Shown in pieces: positions 16,981-25,292 of a DNA stretch of 64,000 nucleotides. The DNA lies in IMG/VR virus record IMGVR_UViG_3300042301_002170. The stretch is one strand, 5' to 3'. The notes below the pieces were generated by a model. The model ran no database searches. It saw nothing but the letters and a program-made list of their open reading frames with translations, and was not told the DNA's origin. Numbering within the stretch: the first letter of the stretch is position 1; the number at the start of each line of letters is the position of its first letter. Source of the stretch: a virus. The position numbers and the translations under genes are program-made.

Positions 16981-17547
16981 ATGGTAATTACAATTTTAGC
17001 AGAACCCAGAAGTGGTTCAACCAATTTAACAAATTGGTTTTATTATAATAAAAATTTTACCACATTATTTGAACCATTAAATCCTATGTCAAAGTGGTTT
17101 CAAAAAGATATACCCCCAATCAATTATCTGTACGATACTGAACATTTATGTATCAAAGAAGTATATTATCCACATAAGGATTGGGAGGATATTATAGAAG
17201 TATCTAATAAAATAATTATATTATATAGAAACGATTACACAAAACAATTAGAATCATTTTTAAATGCGGTAAGAACCTCCAATTGGGGCGGTGAATATAT
17301 ATACAAACATATTGATACAACATTTATTAAAGAAAATACTGATTATTTTAATGAATTAAAAACTAAATTTAAAGAAAAATACATAGATATGGATTTTTTT
17401 AAAATATCATATGAAGAATTATATAATGAAAACGGATTTCAAAAAATAGTTGATTATATCAATTTAGACTGTGTTGAAAATAAAAATTTTCCATATGGTC
17501 AAAAATACCGCATAGAATTTAATGAAAAATCCAAAACTTTAATTTAA
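16981..17547 (+). CDS. Sulfotransferase-like protein (Stf0-like P-loop)
   Basis: AEPRSGST 5'-PSB loop, FEP, ILYR..QLES, ISYEEL. Confidence 0.65.
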   Translation: MVITILAEPRSGSTNLTNWFYYNKNFTTLFEPLNPMSKWFQKDIPPINYLYDTEHLCIKEVYYPHKDWEDIIEVSNKIIILYRNDYTKQLESFLNAVRTSNWGGEYIYKHIDTTFIKENTDYFNELKTKFKEKYIDMDFFKISYEELYNENGFQKIVDYINLDCVENKNFPYGQKYRIEFNEKSKTLI

Positions 17548-18786
17548 ATGGAAATACAATTCTGGTACTGTGATTTTTATTCTAATTATACAAATATTAA
17601 AGAAACAATTCAAAAAATAGATAATACTATTTTATTTAAAAATATTTCTACTGATAAGATAGACCCCACAAAATTAAATTTTTTAGTTTTTTTATTAGAA
17701 ACTGAATGGGAAAATTCAGATGCCGATAAAATTAAAGGATTTTCAAAAAATATAAAAACATCAAATACCAATTCTAATGAATTTATAAATTTATTAATTG
17801 AATTACAACATAAAAATTTTTATTTTTTAATGGATAATACCGGAGAGGCTGTGCTTTGGTTGGACGAAAAATATTTAAATTTTATTAATAAATTAAACAG
17901 AAATAAAATTGATTCTAATAGATTAATTATTGCAAATAATGATTCATCTGATATTGGTATAAATAAAAGAAATAAGTATAATCCAATCCATAACTTAGCA
18001 AAATATGGTAGTTTTATATTAAATACGTGTTTTTTTCCTAAATTTTTTTTATCAACCTATAATCATATGAGTGGTTATATTGAAGATATTACTATTAAAA
18101 CGGTAATCAAACCAGATAAAACATTTTTATGTTTGAATAGAAGAATGAATTTTAAAAAATATCAAATTATTGAAGAATTATTTAATAAAGGGTTATTAAG
18201 AGATACTCGATTTACTTGGGTACACAACGCGGTACCCACTAATCGAATAAATAAAAAATTATTATCAGAACTAAATATAAATGTAGATAACTTTAAATCA
18301 ATTCAATTGGAAGATGATGTAATGTATGGTAGTCAATTATCATATTTAGATGAGTTTTTATACACCATAAACCCAAACTGGTATTATAAAAGTAAAGTTA
18401 ATATCATAACAGAAACTATGTTATATAAAAATTCAATACACCTTACAGAAAAAACATGGAAAGCAATCTATTTAGGTGTTCCATTTGTTATATATGCACC
18501 ATCAAAACATTACCTTAAAACATTAAGGGATATGGGATTTAAAACATTTAATTCGGTTATTAATGAGGACTATGATGAAATGGATGGTGATGGTAAAATA
18601 AAAAAAATTATAGATAGTGCATTAGAATTATCAAATATTTATGATAGTAAAGAAGTATTAGAAATATGTAAATTTAATCAGGAATTATATTTTAATTTAG
18701 AGTATCGTAAAAAAATATATAAAGAAACTTTTTTAGACAAACTATATGATATTAAAACCACATTTGTTTCTAAAACTTTAATTTAA
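17548..18786 (+). CDS. Glycosyltransferase-like protein (third GT10/GT-B-related paralog)
   Basis: FLCLNRR, VNIITET, LTEKTWKAI..GVPFV, LRDMGFKTF..VINEDYD. Confidence 0.6.
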   Translation: MEIQFWYCDFYSNYTNIKETIQKIDNTILFKNISTDKIDPTKLNFLVFLLETEWENSDADKIKGFSKNIKTSNTNSNEFINLLIELQHKNFYFLMDNTGEAVLWLDEKYLNFINKLNRNKIDSNRLIIANNDSSDIGINKRNKYNPIHNLAKYGSFILNTCFFPKFFLSTYNHMSGYIEDITIKTVIKPDKTFLCLNRRMNFKKYQIIEELFNKGLLRDTRFTWVHNAVPTNRINKKLLSELNINVDNFKSIQLEDDVMYGSQLSYLDEFLYTINPNWYYKSKVNIITETMLYKNSIHLTEKTWKAIYLGVPFVIYAPSKHYLKTLRDMGFKTFNSVINEDYDEMDGDGKIKKIIDSALELSNIYDSKEVLEICKFNQELYFNLEYRKKIYKETFLDKLYDIKTTFVSKTLI

Positions 18787-18787
18787 A

Positions 18788-19366
18788 ATGGATATAAAAA
18801 TATATAATAATACAGTAATGGTTCCAGTAAAATGTGGTAGTAGATATTTGGATAAAATTTGGGAAAGTGAAAGAGTTAAATTTAATCATTATGAATACTT
18901 AGAATTTCCAAAAGTGAAATACATTGTGGTGAGAGACCCAATGAGTCATTTGATAACGGCACTACACACAGAAACGCTTGAATTTATAAATAAGTCAGGA
19001 GAAATAAATAATTTTTATGAAAAACTAAAAGAGTTTATTAGTCCGCATAATGACACTCATGGTGTTGCGCATTGGTGTGTTCGTTTTTATGAATACTTTT
19101 ATTATTACAAAAAAAAATATGGTGAAGATATTCAAGTAGTAAAATTAGAAAATTTAACCGAATTATTAAAAAATTTAGGTTATACCATTGAATACAATCC
19201 GGATGAATATAATTTTAACAACTATAAAATATGGTGGTCAAAAGAAGAGTTATTTCAAATATTAAAAGATACACATCCAAATGAAATTAATTGGTTAATA
19301 GATAAAGTTGCAATTCAAAATGTTTATTATAACAAACTTTTAAATAACAATTCCAGTTTAATATGA
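18788..19366 (+). CDS. Sulfotransferase-like protein (PxKCGSR family)
   Basis: PVKCGSRYL, YIVVRDP..L.TA. Confidence 0.5.
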   Translation: MDIKIYNNTVMVPVKCGSRYLDKIWESERVKFNHYEYLEFPKVKYIVVRDPMSHLITALHTETLEFINKSGEINNFYEKLKEFISPHNDTHGVAHWCVRFYEYFYYYKKKYGEDIQVVKLENLTELLKNLGYTIEYNPDEYNFNNYKIWWSKEELFQILKDTHPNEINWLIDKVAIQNVYYNKLLNNNSSLI

Positions 19367-20124
19367 AATCTATAAAGTATTGGAAAAAAGATGAGTTCGA
19401 TGTTGCTACCTATAAATGGAATTTAGCGGAAAGACGAAATCAAACATTTAATGGCTCTGGTTCAGATGAAAGTGGAACTAATGTTTACACTTATAACGAA
19501 ATGGGATTTAGAGGAGATTCAATTTATAAAGATGGATTTAGAATTCTATCAGTTGGTTGCTCTCATACAGAAGGAGTTGGTGTATCCGATAATCAAACCT
19601 GGCCTCATTATTTTTCAAGATTAATAAAAAAAGGAGTTGATTTAAATGCTGGCTTTGGTGGCAGAAGTAATGATTATATAACAAGATGTGTAGTTTCATT
19701 GGTAGATACATTTAGACCAAATATTGTAAACATTATGTACACATACCCATCGAGAAAAGAATATTATAGATATGGTGGAGAATTAGAACCATTTCATATG
19801 AATCCGTGGGGATATTTTGAAGAAAACAACGAAGGTAAAGAAGAATATAAAGCAATTGCCAGAATAACACATGATGAAAATGATTTAATAAATTGGTATA
19901 AGAATCATTTGTTGATAACGAATTTATTACAAAATAAAAAAATACCATACACTTGGAACGGTTCTTTTTTGAATGATGATAGTGTAATGGATGATTATAG
20001 ATTCGATGGTGAGTATGGTAACTTTAGAGAATTCTCAATAGATGGTAAACATGCAACTGATATTCACAACGAAGAATATGCTAATAAATTGTTTGATTTT
20101 TGTAAACATAAAAAGTTAATTTAA
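19363..20124 (+). CDS. SGNH-fold protein
   Basis: GCSHTEG, N.G.GGRSND, DGKH. Confidence 0.65.
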   Translation: MKSIKYWKKDEFDVATYKWNLAERRNQTFNGSGSDESGTNVYTYNEMGFRGDSIYKDGFRILSVGCSHTEGVGVSDNQTWPHYFSRLIKKGVDLNAGFGGRSNDYITRCVVSLVDTFRPNIVNIMYTYPSRKEYYRYGGELEPFHMNPWGYFEENNEGKEEYKAIARITHDENDLINWYKNHLLITNLLQNKKIPYTWNGSFLNDDSVMDDYRFDGEYGNFREFSIDGKHATDIHNEEYANKLFDFCKHKKLI

Positions 20125-20125
20125 T

Positions 20126-20156
20126 TTGTTAATTTCAAAAACTTTTCGTATCTTTG
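20126..20156 (+). promoter_or_regulatory. Bacteroidota-type promoter
   Basis: TTG(20126)-N20-TATCTTTG(20149). Confidence 0.7.
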
Positions 20157-20159
20157 GAT

Positions 20160-20477
20160 ATGATTATAGTTCCACAAACACCCATAACAGAATCTAGCTT
20201 TCAAAAATGGAAGTCTCATAGATTAGAAGTAGAAGATGGTATCGATTCATACCACTACTATGTAATTCCTTTAATTGATATTGATGAAGAAGAAATACCA
20301 GATATAGAAAGAATACCTGCATTATTTAGTTCCGAATCTGATGCGTATTTTAATGATGATGGTAAAGCAGAATATACTTTACGATTATTCGATGATGACC
20401 TGCCTGAATTAGAATTTGAAGAGGAGGTTGAAATACTTTATAAAATTTTAACAAAAAAAGAAATTTATTTAAAATAA
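20160..20477 (+). CDS. Acidic hypothetical protein (start ATG 20160)
   Basis: ORF immediately after the promoter. Confidence 0.7.
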   Translation: MIIVPQTPITESSFQKWKSHRLEVEDGIDSYHYYVIPLIDIDEEEIPDIERIPALFSSESDAYFNDDGKAEYTLRLFDDDLPELEFEEEVEILYKILTKKEIYLK

Positions 20478-20478
20478 C

Positions 20479-20509
20479 TTGGAAAAGTTAAAAATATTTC
20501 GTATATTTG
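20479..20509 (+). promoter_or_regulatory. Bacteroidota-type promoter
   Basis: TTG(20479)-N20-TATATTTG(20502). Confidence 0.7.
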
Positions 20510-20546
20510 ATTTATCTTTTTTACTATACTTAAACTTTAAAGCAAC

Positions 20547-21194
20547 ATGAAAGAAAAAACAGAACAAGAATTAGAAGCAAATTACAACAAATTTATAGAA
20601 ATCCTTAAAAAATACTTTACAGGAGAAAGATTAGAAAAGTTGTTGTTTATGTATTCTCCAGACGAGTTAGGATTAAATCTAACGGTCTCTCCAGCATCCG
20701 GTAACAAAGGATTCCATAATGCATACGATGGTGGATATATTGACCATATTTTTAATGTTTGTAAGAATGCTCTAAAAGTAAAAGAGTTATTTGTATCAGC
20801 GGGAGGTAAGATTGATTTTACAGATGAAGAATTATTATTTGCAGCATTGCATCATGATTTAGGTAAATTAGGAATCAAAGGAGAGTTACACTATGTAGCT
20901 AATGATTCAGATTGGCACATTAAGAACAGAGGTGAGTTTTATAAACGTAATGAAAATATTACATTTATGACAATTACTGACAGAACTTTTTATACTCTTA
21001 ATCATTATGGTATTATTTATAATGAAAAAGAATATTTTGGAATTAAACTTACAGATGGTTTATTTGATGAAGATAATGAAAAGTATTATAAAACATTTGA
21101 TTTATCCAAATCTTTAAAATACACTATTCAGTATGTACTACATTGGGCAGATTATATGTCTACCATTATAGAAAGACAAGATTTGATAAGATAA
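20547..21194 (+). CDS. HD-domain metal-dependent phosphohydrolase
   Basis: H.AYDGGYIDH, ALHHDLGK, LTDG, HWAD. Confidence 0.8.
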   Translation: MKEKTEQELEANYNKFIEILKKYFTGERLEKLLFMYSPDELGLNLTVSPASGNKGFHNAYDGGYIDHIFNVCKNALKVKELFVSAGGKIDFTDEELLFAALHHDLGKLGIKGELHYVANDSDWHIKNRGEFYKRNENITFMTITDRTFYTLNHYGIIYNEKEYFGIKLTDGLFDEDNEKYYKTFDLSKSLKYTIQYVLHWADYMSTIIERQDLIR

Positions 21195-21219
21195 TAAATT
21201 ATATGACACTTTTACAGAA

Positions 21220-21240
21220 AGTATGACATTTTGTCATACT
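21220..21240. promoter_or_regulatory. Operator-like inverted repeat upstream of Hsp20 (TGACA-N3-TGTCA core)
   Basis: AGTATGACA-TTT-TGTCATACT, 9-bp perfect arms; degenerate copy TGACA-CTT-TTACA at 21204-21216. Confidence 0.6.
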
Positions 21241-21297
21241 TTTTTGTTTTGGTGTAGAAATTGAAATATTATATTTAAACTTTAAACAATTATTATT

Positions 21298-21690
21298 ATG
21301 AGCACATTCAACAGTAAAACTAGCTACAAAGCAAATTTAGACGATTTATTTTTAGATTGGGATAATCTATTCACCCACGCTAAACAAAACGTATTTTCCG
21401 ATTATACCACAAAAGAATTAGAAGATGGTAAAATTGAATTATCGGTAAATGTATTGGGACACAACCCAAAAAATATCTTATTAGAAGTAACTGAAGATAA
21501 GATTACAATTAAATCAAATAAGCCAGAAGGAGAATCTGATTTAATTAAAGATATTGATTTTAGCTTCAAATTAGGTAAAGATTACGATGGTACTAAATCG
21601 GAAGCTAAGTTCAATAATGGAGTACTTTCAATCACCATCGATAAGAAGGATGAAAGAAAGGCAAAAAAATTATCTATTAATATTAGGTAA
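21298..21690 (+). CDS. hsp20: Small heat-shock protein (Hsp20/alpha-crystallin)
   Basis: VLGHNPKNILLEV, FSFKL, AKFNNGVLSITI..K...KKLSINI. Confidence 0.85.
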   Translation: MSTFNSKTSYKANLDDLFLDWDNLFTHAKQNVFSDYTTKELEDGKIELSVNVLGHNPKNILLEVTEDKITIKSNKPEGESDLIKDIDFSFKLGKDYDGTKSEAKFNNGVLSITIDKKDERKAKKLSINIR

Positions 21691-21715
21691 TATAAGTTAT
21701 TTTTCGTATATTTAG

Positions 21716-21747
21716 AAGGTAGGAGCATTTAGTTCCTACCTTTTTTT
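21716..21747 (+). terminator. Rho-independent terminator after hsp20
   Basis: aaggtaggagc/gttcctacctt stem (one G-U), 5-nt loop, T-run. Confidence 0.75.
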
Positions 21748-21767
21748 ATAAATAAATATTTATTACT

Positions 21768-21953
21768 ATGAGTATGATGTACAAAAATCAAGTCCAAAAC
21801 CTATTGGTTGTATTGGATGGTAAATTAAGAGTTTTAGAAGGAGCAGCATCTGGTGCTATGAAACTAGAACCAAGAGATGTTATTCAATTAGTTCATGATA
21901 TTAGAAAAGTTTCCGATAGAATGGCTGAATTAATAAACATTGAAAGAGATTAA
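21768..21953 (+). CDS. Hypothetical protein (61 aa, helical)
   Basis: Tiling ORF abutting the next gene. Confidence 0.65.
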   Translation: MSMMYKNQVQNLLVVLDGKLRVLEGAASGAMKLEPRDVIQLVHDIRKVSDRMAELINIERD

Positions 21954-23024
21954 ATGAATTGGCTTAAATACTTAGTAGGTATATCTGCAATATTAGTTGC
22001 AGGATGTGCGGCTTATTTCTCTGTAACTGGTTTGGGTGTTCTTTTTGCAGGAGCATCTACTGAGGTTATGGTAATGGCGGGTTCTTTGGAATTTGCCAAA
22101 TTAGTAACTGCTACTTATTTAAAACAAGTATGGGATGACATTAAGGGTTTCAACAAAGTATATTTAACTATATCTGTTGTAATTCTTATGTTAATCACAT
22201 CAGCGGGTATTTTTGGTTATCTATCAAATGCGTTTCAGGCACAATCACTCCAACTACAACAAGTGGATAGAGAGATTTCAGTTCACCAAACTAAAATAGA
22301 CCAAAATACTACTCAAATTACTCAACTTTCTACTCAAATTACCGAATTTAACACCAATCAGGGTAAATTATTAGATGGTGGTAATGTGAATAGAAGATTA
22401 ATTCGTTCTATTGATAATAGAGATAAACAAATTGCTAAAATTAACGATAAAATCTCTAATTTACAAACCGAAAATGCTCTCGAAACTGAAAAAATCAATC
22501 AAATTAAGATTTCTAACTTAGGTTTAGAAAAAGAAGTGGGTGGATTTCGTTTTGTTGCTGATGCATTTGGTATAGAATTGAAAAATGTTGTAAAATTCTT
22601 CATTTTTATCATTGTTATAGTGTTTGACCCTCTTGCAGTAGCTCTTATTATTGCATTCAATGGGTTGGTTGGAGTAAAAATCCGAAAAGAGGAAGAAAAT
22701 TTAACAGAAAATGTCAAAAATGAAGAGGTAACTCGGACAAATTCCGAATTAGTGGATAAAATTTATCAAGTTTACGGAGATAGTGGAAAAAATTTGACAG
22801 AAGAGGAAAAACCAGAAATTTTAGTGGAAAATAATTTACCAACGGAAAATGAAACTTTAAGTTTACAATGGGAAGAATATATGCATCCAAATTTTCCATG
22901 GGAAAATCGTAAATTATGGATAAATAATCCAAAAGCGGTTAATTATTGGTTATCAACTAAAAAAGGTACAGTCAGAGCCTTATCTCAAATCAGAAACGAA
23001 GAGGACAATATAAAAATTTACTAA
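21954..23024 (+). CDS. Membrane protein with coiled coil
   Basis: Three N-terminal TM helices, coiled coil, further TM (FFIFIIVIVFDPLAVALII). Confidence 0.75.
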   Translation: MNWLKYLVGISAILVAGCAAYFSVTGLGVLFAGASTEVMVMAGSLEFAKLVTATYLKQVWDDIKGFNKVYLTISVVILMLITSAGIFGYLSNAFQAQSLQLQQVDREISVHQTKIDQNTTQITQLSTQITEFNTNQGKLLDGGNVNRRLIRSIDNRDKQIAKINDKISNLQTENALETEKINQIKISNLGLEKEVGGFRFVADAFGIELKNVVKFFIFIIVIVFDPLAVALIIAFNGLVGVKIRKEEENLTENVKNEEVTRTNSELVDKIYQVYGDSGKNLTEEEKPEILVENNLPTENETLSLQWEEYMHPNFPWENRKLWINNPKAVNYWLSTKKGTVRALSQIRNEEDNIKIY

Positions 23025-23028
23025 AAGC

Positions 23029-23059
23029 TTGTTTTTTTAAAATAAATTTTGTATATTTG
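23029..23059 (+). promoter_or_regulatory. Bacteroidota-type promoter
   Basis: TTG(23029)-N20-TATATTTG(23052). Confidence 0.7.
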
Positions 23060-23063
23060 TTTT

Positions 23064-23966
23064 ATGAATATAGGATATGCTTGCATCAATATGACATTAG
23101 GAGAACAGACTCCTCGCATCACTACAAATCGTAGTATGGTTAAGAAAACCTTTACTCAAAAAGGTATTTCTTATGCTTCCGAATTAGCACTACAAAACTC
23201 TCGTGATTTATTTGAGATTCTAAAATGGAATGTAGCAAATAACATCAAAATGTTTCGTATTTCATCCGATATGTTTCCGTGGGCAAGTGAATACAATTTA
23301 GAAGATTTACCCGATTACACTAAAATATCAAATATACTTAGAGGTTGTGGTACTTATGCCAAAGAAAATGGTTTGCGTATCAATTCTCATCCAGGTCCGT
23401 TTAATGTATTAGTTTCTCCTAATCCAAAAGTAGTTGCTAACACTATTATAGATTTAGAGTTACATGGTAAATTATTTGACCTTATGGGTTTATCTTTAAC
23501 TCCATACAACAATATTAATATTCATTGTAACGGTGTCTACGGAGATAAAATCTCTGCAATGGATAGATTCATCACTAACTTTGAGAAACTCTCTGAGAGT
23601 GTAAGGAAACGATTGACATTGGAGAATGATGATAAGGTATCGATGTATTCCGTTTCAGACTTAATGTATATTCATCACAAAACAGGTATTCCAATTGTAT
23701 TTGATTACCATCACCACCAATTTTGTACAGGTGGTTTATCGGAAAGACAAGCATTGTTACTTGCAACATCTACTTGGAGAAAAAGTGGAGTAACACCAGA
23801 AGTTCACTATTCAGAATCAAAGGCATTACATGAAGAAAATAGTAAACTTAAACCACAAGCACATTCAGATTATATTACTTCATTACCAAATACATACCGT
23901 ATCAATGTAGATATTATGGTAGAAGCAAAAGCAAAAGAATTAGCAATATTACCATTTATTAATTAA
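23064..23966 (+). CDS. uvsE: UV-damage endonuclease (UvsE/UVDE; start ATG 23064)
   Basis: IGYACIN, FRISSD.FPWAS, HPGPFNVL.SP, LENDD, FDYHHH, HYSES, AHSD, MVEAKAKE. Confidence 0.92.
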   Translation: MNIGYACINMTLGEQTPRITTNRSMVKKTFTQKGISYASELALQNSRDLFEILKWNVANNIKMFRISSDMFPWASEYNLEDLPDYTKISNILRGCGTYAKENGLRINSHPGPFNVLVSPNPKVVANTIIDLELHGKLFDLMGLSLTPYNNINIHCNGVYGDKISAMDRFITNFEKLSESVRKRLTLENDDKVSMYSVSDLMYIHHKTGIPIVFDYHHHQFCTGGLSERQALLLATSTWRKSGVTPEVHYSESKALHEENSKLKPQAHSDYITSLPNTYRINVDIMVEAKAKELAILPFIN

Positions 23967-23969
23967 ATT

Positions 23970-24308
23970 ATGAAAAAGTACGCATTATTCATTGGAAGAT
24001 GGCAAACTTGGCACGAAGGGCATCAATGGTTGATAGACCAACAATTTCAAAAAGGTAAAAATGTATGGATTGCCATTAGAAATGTAAATACGGATAAAGA
24101 TAATCCAAAAACGGCACATGAAGTAATGATGGAATTAACCCAAAAGTTAAGAGGTTATGTTTCAACAGGTAGATTATATATCTCAATTATACCTGATATT
24201 GAATCGGTGAATTACGGTAGAGGTGTAGGATACGATGTAATCTACCACGAACCACCAACGGAAATAGGTAAAATAAGTGGAACTTCTATAAGAAATGGTA
24301 CATTATAA
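23970..24308 (+). CDS. HxGH nucleotidyltransferase (cytidylyltransferase/NadM-like)
   Basis: FIGRWQTWHEGH and C-terminal ISGTSIR. Confidence 0.75.
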   Translation: MKKYALFIGRWQTWHEGHQWLIDQQFQKGKNVWIAIRNVNTDKDNPKTAHEVMMELTQKLRGYVSTGRLYISIIPDIESVNYGRGVGYDVIYHEPPTEIGKISGTSIRNGTL

Positions 24309-24498
24309 GAGACATATACTAAAATCCATCTCATATAGAATTATAAGTACTTTAATTGGATTTTTATTGATGTGGTGGATAAGTGGTTCAATTACAATTG
24401 GAACTGCTTTTGGAGTAGTAGAATTGATATATAAACCAATTCAATACTATATTCATGAGAGAATATGGTATAAATGGATTAAATATGGTAGAAAATGA
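24295..24498 (+). CDS. DUF2061-like small membrane protein
   Basis: KSISYRIIST...E..YKP..YY.HERIW..IKYG. Confidence 0.75.
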   Translation: MVHYKRHILKSISYRIISTLIGFLLMWWISGSITIGTAFGVVELIYKPIQYYIHERIWYKWIKYGRK

Positions 24499-25292
24499 TT
24501 AAAGAAATACATTGTTTTGGTACTTCTCATACAGAAGGGGGTGGTTTTGAGTTTATGAATCGAGAAAAAAACACACAATTAAAAAAATTCTATACAGAAG
24601 AGCCATTTACAAAAGAAAATTATTCGTATCCTGGTAATTTACAAAAATTAGTTGGTAAAGATATAAAAGTTTATAATCATGCTAAATCTGGTTATGGCAA
24701 TGAAAGAATGTATCGTTTGGTATATGAAGTATTAAACGATGGAAAGCCAAATGATGAAAAATTATTATTATTAGAATTTTCTTATGTTGGTAGAAAGGAA
24801 TATTATTCAAAATCTATAAATGATTATTTTATTGCAAATTATTCATTTGATGAAAAGGGCAATGTTGATTATTTAGATGTAGCTCAAACATATTTTGCTT
24901 CATCTTATAAAAGTGTTGAGAAATTACTTAAACCATTAGTTTTAGATTTTATGAAAGAAACTATTGATTTTGACATTCAAGAAAAAACTATGAAAATGAA
25001 TAATGATTTTTTTATAGATTATTTACTTTATAACAAAATTAATTTTTTACTAACATCTCCTCCATTTTTTTTACAAATAGGAAGAGGTGTAACCGAAAAA
25101 ATACAAAATAATTTAATAGAATTTGCAGAAGATTTTGAATATGATTTATATTCTTTTGCAGTAAAAAAGAAATTAACTGTAACAGATGAAACCAATGGAG
25201 AAATAATCGATGGTCATCCTGGATTAGAAGCAAATAAAAAAATAGCAAAAATAATTTTTGATAAAATTAATAATTTAAATTTAAACAAATGA
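24495..25292 (+). CDS. SGNH-fold protein
   Basis: FGTSHTEG, N.AKSGYGN, DGHP. Confidence 0.65.
   Translation: MIKEIHCFGTSHTEGGGFEFMNREKNTQLKKFYTEEPFTKENYSYPGNLQKLVGKDIKVYNHAKSGYGNERMYRLVYEVLNDGKPNDEKLLLLEFSYVGRKEYYSKSINDYFIANYSFDEKGNVDYLDVAQTYFASSYKSVEKLLKPLVLDFMKETIDFDIQEKTMKMNNDFFIDYLLYNKINFLLTSPPFFLQIGRGVTEKIQNNLIEFAEDFEYDLYSFAVKKKLTVTDETNGEIIDGHPGLEANKKIAKIIFDKINNLNLNK

Noticed and set aside
21684-21714. Possible tenth host-type promoter (TATATTTA at 21707)
   Set aside because: No TTG at the required spacing, and it runs into the hsp20 terminator.
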